61,682 bases of DNA, taken from an uncultured Eubacteriales bacterium (GTDB taxonomy: Bacteria; Bacillota; Clostridia; TANB77; UBA1234). A program made the position numbers and the translations under genes. The stretch's first letter is position 1, and each line of letters starts with the position of its first letter. Positions 9,298 to 21,388 of the stretch are shown in pieces. Where the stretch lies: positions 67,459 to 129,140 of the forward strand of contig CAZNFG010000001.1 of the NCBI GenBank assembly GCA_964572605.1. The letters run 5' to 3'. The notes under the pieces were generated by a model. It did no database searches. It saw only the letters and a program-made list of their open reading frames with translations, and was not told the DNA's origin.

Positions 9298-10662
9298 TTA
9301 TTTCTCTGCTTCAATATATTCTTCAAGCGTTTTAATTATTTCATCAGCTTGTTTCTTTGTCTTTGCTTCTGCTTTAATTGTTAAATTTGGTCCTGTATTT
9401 GAAGCTCTAACAAGTCCCCAGCCTCCTTCAAATAAAACCCTTGCTCCGTCAATATCTATTACATTATATTTGTCAGCAATAAATTTATTTTTAACTTTTT
9501 CAACTATTTTTATTTTAGTTTCATCAGTAACTTTAATCATGATTTCTGGTGTACCTTCATATTTTGTAATGCCTTCTGAAAGTTCTGACATCTTTTTATC
9601 TGTATTAGATAATATTTTTAGCATTCTTGCTCCAGCATACATTGCATCATCATATCCATAATGGTCATCATTAAAATATATGTGTCCAACATATTCTCCA
9701 GCAAAAACTAAATTTTCTTTTCTAATTTGTGCTTTTATTAAAGAACTTCCTACTTTACAAAATTCAGGTTTGCCGCCCAATTTTTCAACTTCTTCATATA
9801 AAGCTTGACTGCTCTTAACATCCATTATTGCTTTTGCACCTGGATATTTTTTTATTAAGTCTCTCCACATTATGGCCATGTATTCATCGCCAAAAATTAT
9901 TCTACCGTTTTCGTCAAAACAAATTACTCTATCTGCATCTCCGTCAAAACCAAGACCTATATCACAATTATTATTCTTAACAAATTGTTTAAACTCTAAC
10001 ATATTGCTTTCTTGTGATGGATCTGGATGATGTATTGGAAAGTCTCCATCAGATTCACAGCAAACATCTAAAACTTCACATCCAAGTCTTATGAAAAGTT
10101 CTTTTGCAAAAAGTGAAGCAACTCCATTTCCACAATCTATTGCAATTTTTAATTTTTTATCTCCTAGTTTTACTTTATCTAAAATATAATTAATATAATC
10201 TTCTTTAATAGATTTTTCTTCTACTTTTCCAGGGGTTTCTGTAGTTGCAAATTCACCTTTTTCAACAAATCTTCTTAAACTTTGAATATCTTCTCCATAT
10301 ATAGTATCCTCGCCCATTCCGCATATCTTTAATCCATTATATTCTTTTGGATTATGACTGGCAGTTATCATTATTGAAGGTTTGTTTTTTAAAAATTCTC
10401 TTGCAAAATATGTCATTGGTGTAACACAAAAACCTATATCTATAATATCTAACCCTGTTGATGTTATTCCTTCAAAAACACCTCTTTGTATCTCTTTGTA
10501 GGTTTTTCTGTTGTCGTGTCCTACAATAATTTTTGTTTGTCCTTCTTTTTTCATAAGCGTTGCAAATCCTTTTGCAATTTCTTTTGCATACTCGTAATTA
10601 ATTTCTGTTGGATATATCCCTCTTATGTCGTACCCTCTATAAATATTCTTTGGTATCTCCAT
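9298..10662 (-). CDS. Phosphoglucomutase/phosphomannomutase (alpha-D-phosphohexomutase family)
   Basis: TASHNP active-site loop and the GFDGDADR metal-binding motif. The ATG at 10662 is preceded by AGGAGGA, which overlaps the gyrB stop. Confidence 0.85.
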   Translation of the reverse strand: MEIPKNIYRGYDIRGIYPTEINYEYAKEIAKGFATLMKKEGQTKIIVGHDNRKTYKEIQRGVFEGITSTGLDIIDIGFCVTPMTYFAREFLKNKPSIMITASHNPKEYNGLKICGMGEDTIYGEDIQSLRRFVEKGEFATTETPGKVEEKSIKEDYINYILDKVKLGDKKLKIAIDCGNGVASLFAKELFIRLGCEVLDVCCESDGDFPIHHPDPSQESNMLEFKQFVKNNNCDIGLGFDGDADRVICFDENGRIIFGDEYMAIMWRDLIKKYPGAKAIMDVKSSQALYEEVEKLGGKPEFCKVGSSLIKAQIRKENLVFAGEYVGHIYFNDDHYGYDDAMYAGARMLKILSNTDKKMSELSEGITKYEGTPEIMIKVTDETKIKIVEKVKNKFIADKYNVIDIDGARVLFEGGWGLVRASNTGPNLTIKAEAKTKKQADEIIKTLEEYIEAEK

Positions 10663-10675
10663 GTACTTCTTCCTC

Positions 10676-12631
<1,956 letters not shown>

Positions 12632-12865
12632 TTAAAAAATATTTGCTTTATCTAATCTTTTCTTTAATGTAGAAACAGAAATATTTGTAATTATCTCTTC
12701 TCCGTTTTTCTTTATGATCACAGAACTGTCGTTTTGTAATTTTCTTGCTTTAATAATATTATTTATTCTTAAATTGTTTCTACTTTCTTTTAGAACATTA
12801 ATATCAAAAATTGCAACTATATCATTTTTATTTAAAATAATATTATTACCAATGTGAACATACAT
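12632..12865 (-). CDS. remB: DUF370/RemB-like small protein
   Basis: 77 aa in the conserved position between recF and gyrB. The N-terminus (MYVHIGNNIILNKNDIVAIFD) resembles this family. Confidence 0.65.
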   Translation of the reverse strand: MYVHIGNNIILNKNDIVAIFDINVLKESRNNLRINNIIKARKLQNDSSVIIKKNGEEIITNISVSTLKKRLDKANIF

Positions 12866-12881
12866 AAAACTTTTCCTTTCT

Positions 12882-13955
12882 TTAGGTTTCTACAACTCCA
12901 TTTGCTATTTTATACAATTTTATATTTTTTGTCAAACCATCAAAGTTCCTTAAAATATTTGTATCCGTACAAGTTATTAATACTTGATAGTCTTTAATTT
13001 TATTAAAAATAAGGCTTATTCTTTCTAGGTCCAATTCAGATGTAATGTCATCTAATAAAAGTACTGGATTCTCATTTACTTCTTCTTTTATAATTTCCAT
13101 TTCAGCAAACTTAAGTGATAAAATAGACGTTCTGTATTGTCCCTGAGAGCCATAAAGATTTAATTCTTTGTTGTTTATAAAAAATTCAATATCATCTCTA
13201 TGTATTCCGTTTCCAGTATATCCTTTTGCAATATCTATTTTTATCGTTTGTTTAAGTAGTTTTAGAAAATTTTCTTTATTTGTAAATTTAGTTTTGTATG
13301 AAATACTAAGTATTTCTTTATTGTTAGTTATCATCGGAGATATTTTAAAAATATGGTTTTGTATTTTTTCGATATATTCTTTTCTGTATTTGAATATTTT
13401 TTCTGCAAAATTTGCAAGTTGTTCATCCCAAACTTCAATTGTATCAATTTGTCTACTTTTAAGCATTGCATTTCTTTGATCTAAAATTCTGTTGTACTCT
13501 ACTAGTGAATATGCATAACTTGGTCTTAATTGACTAATTAAAATATCTAAAAATCTTCTTCTTGATGAAGGAGATTCTTTTAATACAGTAATATCATCTG
13601 GTGAAAATATAACTAAATTTATATTTCCAAGAAGTTCACTACTTTTATTAATTTTAATGTCATTAATATCTATCTTTTTTTTCTCATTCTTACTTAGAAT
13701 AATTCTAATTTTCTTTTTTCTTTTTTCTTTTTCGAATTCTAATTCTATTTTTGCATTTTCTTTTTCAAATTTAATAAGCTCTATACTCTTTGATGTTCTA
13801 AAAGATTTTCCGAACGCACAAAAATATAAAGCTTCTAGAATATTTGTTTTTCCTTGGGCATTATTTCCATAAAAAACATTTATATTTTCTTCTATGTTTA
13901 TCTCTTGTGCTTCATAGTTTCTAAAATTCTCTAAATATATTTTTTTAATAACCAT
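12882..13955 (-). CDS. recF: DNA replication and repair protein RecF
   Basis: Walker A GNNAQGKTNILEA, LLLDDITSELD signature region, and synteny dnaN-recF-gyrB. Confidence 0.92.
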   Translation of the reverse strand: MVIKKIYLENFRNYEAQEINIEENINVFYGNNAQGKTNILEALYFCAFGKSFRTSKSIELIKFEKENAKIELEFEKEKRKKKIRIILSKNEKKKIDINDIKINKSSELLGNINLVIFSPDDITVLKESPSSRRRFLDILISQLRPSYAYSLVEYNRILDQRNAMLKSRQIDTIEVWDEQLANFAEKIFKYRKEYIEKIQNHIFKISPMITNNKEILSISYKTKFTNKENFLKLLKQTIKIDIAKGYTGNGIHRDDIEFFINNKELNLYGSQGQYRTSILSLKFAEMEIIKEEVNENPVLLLDDITSELDLERISLIFNKIKDYQVLITCTDTNILRNFDGLTKNIKLYKIANGVVET

Positions 13956-13962
13956 GTGTTTT

Positions 13963-15081
13963 TTATTCCTTTAATCTTACTGGTAGTACCATATATGTAT
14001 ATTTATTATCTACAACAGGTCTTATAATACAAGGAGATATACTACTTCCAAAGTCTAGACATATTTCTTCATCCTCAATTGCTTTAAGAGCATCTACCAT
14101 ATATTTTGGATTGAATCCAATCTCCAATTCTTCTCCAACGGTTTCTACTAATACTTCTTCTTTAGCATCTCCAACTTGAGAAGTACAAGAAATTATTATA
14201 CTTCCAAGGCTTACATATATTTTTATTGGATATTTCTTTTCTTTTTCAGAAGCAGATATTGAAAATATTGAAGCTCTTTCTATTGCATTTTGAAAAGCAG
14301 TTTTACTAACTTTTATTCTTGTCTTTCTTTCTTTAGGTATTACATTATTGTAATTTAAAAAATCTCCTTCTAACAATCTAGAAACAATTTTGCAATTATC
14401 TATTTCAAATAATGCTTGGTTTTTAGAAATACTTATTTGAATAACATCATTTATATCTTGTAGGTTTTTAACTATTTCATTTAAATATTTGCCAGGAACT
14501 ATTGCACTAAAACTTTCTTCTTTTGTGTTTATAGGAGCTTTTCTAAGAGCTAATCTAAAACCATCAACAGCAACAACATTTAATTCACTATTATTAACTT
14601 CTATTAAACATCCTGTAAATATAGGTCTATTTTCTTCTAAACTAACTGCAAATATTGTTTTCTTTATCATCTCTTTTAATAATCCTTGCGAAATTGATAT
14701 TTTCTTTTCCACATTTATACTAGGTAATGTTGGAAACTCTTCTGCATTCATAGTTGAAAGTTTATAAACCGATCCTTCACATTCAATAACTAATAAATTT
14801 TTATCATTTATAAAAAAAGTAATTTGACTATTAGGTAATTTTCTAACTATTTCTGTGAACATTCTACAATCTACTACAACTTTTCCTTCTTCTATAAGTT
14901 CAAAATTGTTTATTGTATATTCCATTCCCAGATCTAAATCATTTGTTGTTAATATGAGGTTATTTTTCTTTGCATTTATAAGAATACCTTCAAGTATTGG
15001 TGTTGTAGTTCTTCCTACGGAAGTTCTGCCTACAGAGTTTAATCCTAGTATCAAATTTTCTTTCTCACATATAAATTTCAT
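13963..15081 (-). CDS. dnaN: DNA polymerase III beta sliding clamp
   Basis: 372 aa directly downstream of dnaA, with a typical three-domain clamp sequence (MKFICEKENL...VLPVRL). Confidence 0.92.
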   Translation of the reverse strand: MKFICEKENLILGLNSVGRTSVGRTTTPILEGILINAKKNNLILTTNDLDLGMEYTINNFELIEEGKVVVDCRMFTEIVRKLPNSQITFFINDKNLLVIECEGSVYKLSTMNAEEFPTLPSINVEKKISISQGLLKEMIKKTIFAVSLEENRPIFTGCLIEVNNSELNVVAVDGFRLALRKAPINTKEESFSAIVPGKYLNEIVKNLQDINDVIQISISKNQALFEIDNCKIVSRLLEGDFLNYNNVIPKERKTRIKVSKTAFQNAIERASIFSISASEKEKKYPIKIYVSLGSIIISCTSQVGDAKEEVLVETVGEELEIGFNPKYMVDALKAIEDEEICLDFGSSISPCIIRPVVDNKYTYMVLPVRLKE

Positions 15082-15525
15082 AAATAATACCTCAACTTTC
15101 TTTCTATATGTATAATAAAATTTTTATTTATCTTTTTAATATACATTTGTGATTTATTTTTTTTGTTTTTTATTAATATAATAAAATTAAAAATAGTAGT
15201 AGTAATAGTAATGTCTGTTAGTAAAGTTAATAACTTATAAAAATCCTTCTCCCGTAAGAGAAACACTTTGTGAATAATTTGTAAAAATTCAACAAGAATA
15301 AATAACATTAACTAACAAGAAAAAGTTAATAATGAATTTTCAACAACTTTTCGACATAGTTTTAACATTTATATGTTAATATCTCTCTAGTCTCTTGCGG
15401 GTGAAAACGTTTAACGGTTTTGTAAAAAACTTGGTTTCTTGCAAACATCTGATAATGATACAAAAATTGTTATTAACAAACAAAATAAAATTGTGAATAA
15501 CTTATTTCCGTATAATTTTAAAACA
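15082..15525. promoter_or_regulatory. dnaA-dnaN intergenic oriC segment (DnaA boxes plus AT-rich unwinding-type tract)
   Basis: TGTGAATAA (complement TTATTCACA, fits TTATNCACA) at 15269..15277 and 15492..15500. An extremely AT-rich run lies at about 15100..15240. Confidence 0.65.
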
Positions 15526-16866
15526 TTAACTAATTATCATTTTTTTTATATTATCTACTATCATTCTTGTATTTGGATTTGTCTTAATTTGAGATTCAAC
15601 TTTATTAATTGCATATATTACAGTTGCGTGATCTCTACCACCAAACGACTTCCCTATTTCAACTAAAGGCAGACCTGTAAATTGTTTGGCTAAATACATT
15701 GCAATTTGTCTCGGAAATGCTATATCTCCAGATCTACGTTGAATTTTAAAATCATTTTGATCTAGATTGTAATATCTAGCAACAACTTCTTGTATATAAT
15801 CAACCGTAATAACTTTTTCTTTTGAATGTTTCAAATCATTCAATGCCCTTTCAGCAAGATTCATTGTTATAGGTGTGTTTGTAAGTGAAGCCATTGCAAC
15901 AATTTTATTTAAAGTTCCCTCAAGTTCACGAATATTTGATTCAACTTTATTAGCAACTACAGCTAATATTTCCTCATCTATTTGAATATTATCTAATTTA
16001 GTTTTCTTTCTTAATATTGCATATCTTGTTTCATAATCTGGTTTACTTATATCTGCAATAAGTCCCCATTCGAATCTTGATTTAAGTCTTTCTTCAAGTG
16101 GATTTAAATCTTTAGGAGGTCTATCACTAGATATTACAATTTGTCTATTGTTTTCGTGTAATTCATTAAATGTGTGGAAAAACTCTTCCTGACTTCTCTC
16201 TTTTCCACTAATAAATTGGATATCATCTACTAATAATAAATCTATACTTCTATATTTAGCTCTAAACTCTTCATTTTTATTAGATTGAATTGAAGCTACA
16301 AGTTCATTTGTAAATTTCTCTCCAGTTATATATAAAACTTTAGCATCTGTATTTTGAGATAATACATAATTACCAACAGCTTGCATTAGATGTGTTTTTC
16401 CTAGTCCAACTCCACCATATAAAAAAAGTGGATTATATGCTCTACCTGGATTTTCTGCTGTAGCAAGTGCCGCTGCATGTGCTAATTCATTACTCTTTCC
16501 AATAACGAAAGAATCAAAAGTATATCTTGGATTTAAAACACCAGAATTCTGTTTTTGATGATTTTGATTTTGCAACTTCTCTATTTTTGAATTTTCAGTT
16601 TCGCTGTTATTTCCTTCATCAAAAGTACAAACAACGTCTAAATTAAAAACAGTTCCTGTAACAATACGAAAAGCTTCAATAATAATCTCTCTTAACTCTC
16701 CTAGTATCCTACCTTTTTGATAAACAGTTTGAACTTTTAGACGCAAAGTATTACCTTCGATAGAAACAATACTAATGGGATTGATCCAAAGGTTATATCT
16801 CATTTCAGATACTTCGTCTTGTATAAGCTTCTTTGCCGTAGCTAAAATTTCTTCATAGTCTTGCAT
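15526..16866 (-). CDS. dnaA: Chromosomal replication initiator DnaA
   Basis: Walker A GGVGLGKTHL, LLVDDIQF, and C-terminal DNA-binding helix (FGGRDHATVIYA). AGGAGG RBS. Confidence 0.97.
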   Translation of the reverse strand: MQDYEEILATAKKLIQDEVSEMRYNLWINPISIVSIEGNTLRLKVQTVYQKGRILGELREIIIEAFRIVTGTVFNLDVVCTFDEGNNSETENSKIEKLQNQNHQKQNSGVLNPRYTFDSFVIGKSNELAHAAALATAENPGRAYNPLFLYGGVGLGKTHLMQAVGNYVLSQNTDAKVLYITGEKFTNELVASIQSNKNEEFRAKYRSIDLLLVDDIQFISGKERSQEEFFHTFNELHENNRQIVISSDRPPKDLNPLEERLKSRFEWGLIADISKPDYETRYAILRKKTKLDNIQIDEEILAVVANKVESNIRELEGTLNKIVAMASLTNTPITMNLAERALNDLKHSKEKVITVDYIQEVVARYYNLDQNDFKIQRRSGDIAFPRQIAMYLAKQFTGLPLVEIGKSFGGRDHATVIYAINKVESQIKTNPNTRMIVDNIKKMIIS

Positions 16867-17431
16867 GATTTCCTCCTAACAAGATTGACAAAGTTATTAA
16901 CATTTTACTCACAAATGTTAATAAAATTGTGAATAAAAACTAAACAACTTGCAAAAATGGCTATTTCCCCAACAAAATTGAATGTTCAAATTGTGAATAA
17001 TTAAAAAGCTTGATTTAAAGGCTTTTAACAACAAAATCCTATTTTCTACACCTTTTTTATACGAACATATATTTGTTGGCTTATAAAAACATTATGTTTA
17101 TTACACATAATAAATTACAACAAATTAAGTGCCGTAAACTCAGATGTATCAATATTTGTAGAAGTTATCAACATTATATCTTTTAATCCCGCTTTTTGCA
17201 AGCAAATAACCTAAAAAATTGAAATATCAGCTTCCGTAAACTTTGTAGGACATATTGTAAACTTTACATAAGTTTCATAATATGTTTTTATAAATTTTGG
17301 CTTTGTTTTCAACATATCTTTTTTAGTAAATTTTTTTTATAATTAAAAAAGTTCAAGCAACTATTAATATTTATTGAATAATTAAGTAGATCTGGTATAT
17401 ATTTTATATGGAGTCAATTTCTAAATTTTAG
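16867..17431. promoter_or_regulatory. dnaA-upstream oriC segment / dnaA promoter region with DnaA boxes
   Basis: AAATTGTGAATAA at 16928..16936 and 16992..17000 (core coordinates). Related boxes are TGTTAATAA near 16916 and TTATCAACA at 17165..17173. About 670 bp are noncoding. Confidence 0.65.
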
Positions 17432-17461
17432 TTGACAAAAGTCTTATATATAGTGTAGAAT
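17432..17461 (+). promoter_or_regulatory. Sigma-A type promoter for the rpmH-rnpA operon
   Basis: TTGACA (17432..17437), an 18-nt spacer ending in TG, then TAGAAT (17456..17461). Confidence 0.55.
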
Positions 17462-17536
17462 ATGCATGCTGTTGTTTTTAGACTATTATTTTTAATAATA
17501 TGAAATAGATATAAATTATCGGGAGGTGCAAGATAT

Positions 17537-17671
17537 ATGAAAAGAACATTTCAACCTAAAAATAAACAAGAAAAAAGAGAGCATGGCTTTAGAGCTAGAA
17601 TGGCTACAGCGGGTGGAAGAAAAGTATTAAAAAGAAGAATGCAAAAAGGTAGAAGCAAGCTTTCTGCATAA
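17537..17671 (+). CDS. rpmH: 50S ribosomal protein L34
   Basis: Not in the track (44 aa). It reads [44 protein letters not shown], with GGGAGG RBS. Confidence 0.95.
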   Translation: MKRTFQPKNKQEKREHGFRARMATAGGRKVLKRRMQKGRSKLSA

Positions 17672-17752
17672 TTTAAGTAGTAAAAACAGTGTGATAAGGG
17701 CCCAATAGGGCCTTTTTACATATGTATAAACTTTTATAAATAAGGAGAGTAT

Positions 17753-18097
17753 ATGTTATCACTTAAAAAAAGCAGTGAATTTCAAAGACTATTTAAGTCT
17801 GGAAAATGGTACGGAGACGGAGTTTTAAGTATTTATATTGAAAAAAATAGTAAAGATTCAAACAGAGTTGGCGTGGCTGTGGGAAGAAAAATTGCTAAAA
17901 GTGTTAAACGTAATAGAATAAAGAGACTTATTAAAGAATCTTATAGAATACATGAAAAAGAAATTAATCAGGGGTATAATATAATAGTTGTTTGTAAAAA
18001 AGACATAGATGTTGAAAAGATTAATTTTAATGAAATTGAAAAAAATCTTGTAAGTTGCTTGGAGAAGGCATCTTTAATGAGTTGTGAAATTAACTAA
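17753..18097 (+). CDS. rnpA: Ribonuclease P protein component
   Basis: 114 aa, basic, directly after rpmH. The KRNRIKRLIKE (RNR-type) motif is present. Confidence 0.9.
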   Translation: MLSLKKSSEFQRLFKSGKWYGDGVLSIYIEKNSKDSNRVGVAVGRKIAKSVKRNRIKRLIKESYRIHEKEINQGYNIIVVCKKDIDVEKINFNEIEKNLVSCLEKASLMSCEIN

Positions 18098-18119
18098 CAA
18101 AGACAATAGGAGGATATAT

Positions 18120-19097
18120 ATGTTTGAAATGTTTTCATCTATATTTGGATATCTTATGAATTATATTTATATGATAGTTCAAAACTATGGTGTTGCAATA
18201 CTTATATTTACAGTACTTGTAAAGGTTTTATTATTACCATTAACTATAAAACAACAAAAATCAATGGCTGCAGCACAAAAGATGCAACCTATAATAAAAG
18301 AGTTACAAAATAAATATGGCAAAGATCAACAAAAATTCAACGAAGAATATCAAAAAGCATTGAAAGAAAACAATATGACAATGATGTCTAGCATGGGTTG
18401 TTCAGGGTGTTTGATAAATCTTATTCAAATTCCAATATTGTTTGGAATGTTTTATATGATGGTAAGTCCTCTTAAGTATATAATGAAAGTTGATGAAGCA
18501 GAAATATTAAAATATAAAGATGAGATAAACGATTCAAGAAAAGCCATAGCAATTGAGCAACTCGTTGCAAATAGTGGAGATTATCCAACATTAGAAGAGT
18601 ATAATATAGCAATGCAAGCAGCACAAGAAAAGCTATATGTTCATGAAAGATATTATGAAATAGATATTATAGAAGATAAAAAACTAATGGACATGAATTT
18701 CTTAGGAATAAACTTAAGCGACATAGCAAGTGAAGATAAAGAAAACAAGATTTTACTTATAATACCAATACTTTCAATGTTATTTACTTTCTTGTCTACA
18801 AAGATTACAACAAAGCTTACAGAAATAAAGACGGGAAAAACACAAAAACAAACAATGGAAGAAACAGAAGTTCCATTACCAGACATGAGAGTTATGAATA
18901 TTACAATGCCCATAATGCTTGGATTTGTAGCATATTCAGTACCTCAAGGTGTAGGCCTTTACTGGACCGCAAGTAATTTGCTTGGAATAATTCAAATGTT
19001 AGCAATAGAGTCTTTCACAGAAAAAAACAAACTAAAAGTAAAGTATAAAATGATTGAAGAGAAATCAACTATTGAAGATAATAAAAAAGATAAATAA
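18120..19097 (+). CDS. yidC: Membrane protein insertase YidC/Oxa1 family
   Basis: ATG at 18120 after AGGAGG. Motif GVAILIFTVLVKVLLLPLTIKQQKSM, with synteny after rnpA. Confidence 0.9.
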   Translation: MFEMFSSIFGYLMNYIYMIVQNYGVAILIFTVLVKVLLLPLTIKQQKSMAAAQKMQPIIKELQNKYGKDQQKFNEEYQKALKENNMTMMSSMGCSGCLINLIQIPILFGMFYMMVSPLKYIMKVDEAEILKYKDEINDSRKAIAIEQLVANSGDYPTLEEYNIAMQAAQEKLYVHERYYEIDIIEDKKLMDMNFLGINLSDIASEDKENKILLIIPILSMLFTFLSTKITTKLTEIKTGKTQKQTMEETEVPLPDMRVMNITMPIMLGFVAYSVPQGVGLYWTASNLLGIIQMLAIESFTEKNKLKVKYKMIEEKSTIEDNKKDK

Positions 19098-19156
19098 GAT
19101 AAAAACTAGGACACAAAATAAGGATTCCTAGAATTATATAGAAGGAGGTCTTTTAG

Positions 19157-19843
19157 ATGGCTAAAGTAGCTGAAGGAGTAGGCAAGACATATGATGAGGC
19201 TGTAGAAGAAGCATTAAGTAAGGTTGGATTAACTAAAAATCAAGTGTCAATTGAAATGATTGAGGAACCAAAAAAAAGAATATTTAGTATATTAGATCCA
19301 AGACAAGTAAAGGTAAGGGTAACAGAAATCGTTACAGAGGTTGAAACTCCAACATATACAAAGAAAGAAGAAAGAGAATTTTCAAAAGAAGATGCAAAAA
19401 AAGTAGAAGAAAAAGTATATAAATTCTTAAGAGAATATTTCGAAAAAATGGAATTAGAATTAAGTATAAAATCAAGCGTTGAAGAAGATGCATTAAAATT
19501 TGATATAACTGGCGAAAATACGGGAATCATAATAGGCAGAAGAGGAGAAACACTAGAAGCATTACAACTATTAGCATCAACAATTGGCAATAAAAATGAA
19601 GATAATTTTGTTAGAGTAATAATTGATATTGAAGGATATAGAAGAAAGAGAATTAAGGCGTTAGAAGAACTAGCACTTAAGAGAGCAACTTTAGTAGTAT
19701 CAAAGAAGAAGAGCATAACACTAGAACCAATGAATGCATTCGAAAGAAAAGCAATACATAATGCACTTCAAAATCATCCCAAAGTAAAGACTATAAGTAC
19801 AGGCGAGGAGCCATATAGAAAAGTTATTATTTCATTAAGATAA
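19157..19843 (+). CDS. jag: Jag/KhpB RNA-binding protein (KH and R3H domains)
   Basis: GIIIGRRGETLEALQ (KH) and a C-terminal R3H-like segment EPMNAFERKAIHNAL, with synteny yidC-jag. Confidence 0.88.
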   Translation: MAKVAEGVGKTYDEAVEEALSKVGLTKNQVSIEMIEEPKKRIFSILDPRQVKVRVTEIVTEVETPTYTKKEEREFSKEDAKKVEEKVYKFLREYFEKMELELSIKSSVEEDALKFDITGENTGIIIGRRGETLEALQLLASTIGNKNEDNFVRVIIDIEGYRRKRIKALEELALKRATLVVSKKKSITLEPMNAFERKAIHNALQNHPKVKTISTGEEPYRKVIISLR

Positions 19844-19858
19844 GTGATAAAAATCTAC

Positions 19859-19889
19859 AAACCCATCGCAGAAAAGAAGCGATGGGTTT
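19859..19889 (+). terminator. Intrinsic terminator after jag
   Basis: AAACCCATCGC-loop-GCGATGGGTTT followed by a T-rich tract. Confidence 0.7.
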
Positions 19890-19993
19890 ACTATTTTTTA
19901 ATAGATTTAAGTACATTATGTAAATATTTATTGAATATATTGTAAAAAAATAGTATAATATCGTAGACTTATAATATCGAGAAAGGAGCAGAT

Positions 19994-21343
19994 ATGAAGA
20001 CAATTGCAGCAATTTCAACGCCACCAGGAAATGGCGGCATTGGAATAATAAGAATTAGTGGAGAAGATGCTTTAAGAATAATAAATAAGATTTTCGTGCC
20101 AAAAAAGGCAGGAGAACTAACCCCATTTGTCTTAAAATTGGGAAATATCATAGATGATAATAATGAAAAACTAGATCAGGTACTTGTTTCATATTTCAAA
20201 GCTCCTAAATCTTATACTGGAGAAGATGTTGTTGAAATTAGTTGTCACGGCGGAAATATCATATTAAAGAATATTCTAGATATTGTTCTAAAAAATGGTG
20301 CTTTTTTAGCTGAAGCCGGAGAATTTACAAAAAAAGCATTCTTAAATGGGAAGATGGATTTAACTCAAGCAGAAGCGGTTATGGATTTAATAAATAGCAA
20401 AAGCGAAAAAGAAGAAAGAGCCTCAGCAAAGCAACTAGAAGGCAGAGTGGGACAAGAAATAAGACGAATAAAAGATAATATTATTAACATGTTAGCAGAC
20501 ATAGAAGCAAATATAGATTATCCAGAATATGAAGATATTGAAGAAGTACAAAATGAAAAAATTAGTAAAATATTAGAGGAGCAAGTAACTTCGCTTAAGA
20601 CGTTAGAGCAATCGTTTAAAAACGGAAAAATATTAAAAAATGGAATATCAACCGCTATTATTGGAAAACCTAATGTAGGAAAATCTTCATTACTAAATAT
20701 TTTGTTAGATGAGGAAAGGGCAATAGTTACAGAGATACCCGGTACAACAAGAGACACAATTGAAGAATATATAACCATAAATGGAATTACATTAAAACTT
20801 ATTGATACGGCAGGTATTAGAAGTACAGAAGATTTAGTAGAAAATATAGGCGTTGAAAAAAGTAAAAAAGCAATTACCGATGCAGAACTTGTACTATTTA
20901 TATTAGATGGTAGCTGTGGTTATTCTAATGAGGAAAAGCTACTATACGAGCAAATTAAAGATAAACCACATATTGTTGTTATCAACAAAATAGACCTAAA
21001 CTGTGAAAAAATAGACATTAAAAATGAGAATGTTATAAGGATATCTACAAAGACAAGAGAGGGATTGGAAGAACTCGAAAAAAGAATAGAAAAGCTGTTT
21101 GACTTAAACAATATAGATACAGAAAATTCACTTATTATAACTAATATTAGACATAAAGATCTTATAACTAAAGCAATTCAAAACATTGAAAAAGCAAAAG
21201 AAGCAGTCGAAAACAAAGTTCCAGTAGATATGGTATCTATTAATATACAAGAAGCTATAAACAGCTTGGGAGAAATACTGGGAGAATCAATATCTGAAAA
21301 TGTATTAAACAAGATTTTTGAAAAATTTTGTGTAGGAAAATAA
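19994..21343 (+). CDS. mnmE: tRNA modification GTPase MnmE
   Basis: G1 GKPNVGKSSLLN, DTAGIR, NKIDL, and the C-terminal CVGK motif. Confidence 0.95.
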   Translation: MKTIAAISTPPGNGGIGIIRISGEDALRIINKIFVPKKAGELTPFVLKLGNIIDDNNEKLDQVLVSYFKAPKSYTGEDVVEISCHGGNIILKNILDIVLKNGAFLAEAGEFTKKAFLNGKMDLTQAEAVMDLINSKSEKEERASAKQLEGRVGQEIRRIKDNIINMLADIEANIDYPEYEDIEEVQNEKISKILEEQVTSLKTLEQSFKNGKILKNGISTAIIGKPNVGKSSLLNILLDEERAIVTEIPGTTRDTIEEYITINGITLKLIDTAGIRSTEDLVENIGVEKSKKAITDAELVLFILDGSCGYSNEEKLLYEQIKDKPHIVVINKIDLNCEKIDIKNENVIRISTKTREGLEELEKRIEKLFDLNNIDTENSLIITNIRHKDLITKAIQNIEKAKEAVENKVPVDMVSINIQEAINSLGEILGESISENVLNKIFEKFCVGK

Positions 21344-21347
21344 ACAT

Positions 21348-21363
21348 TGTTTCATGTGAAACA
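21348..21363. promoter_or_regulatory. parS-like centromere site
   Basis: TGTTTCATGTGAAACA, 15/16 match to the Firmicutes parS consensus TGTTNCACGTGAAACA. It lies between mnmE and mnmG. Confidence 0.7.
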
Positions 21364-21388
21364 ATATAGATAAAAAGGAAGAAAGAAA

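Noticed and set aside
15078-15308. 76-aa ORF in the dnaA-dnaN spacer
   Set aside because: It lies in the AT-rich origin spacer, has a low-complexity translation and no RBS. The region is better explained as oriC.
19240-19716. 158-aa minus-strand ORF
   Set aside because: It is antisense to jag/khpB and has the same shadow-ORF composition.
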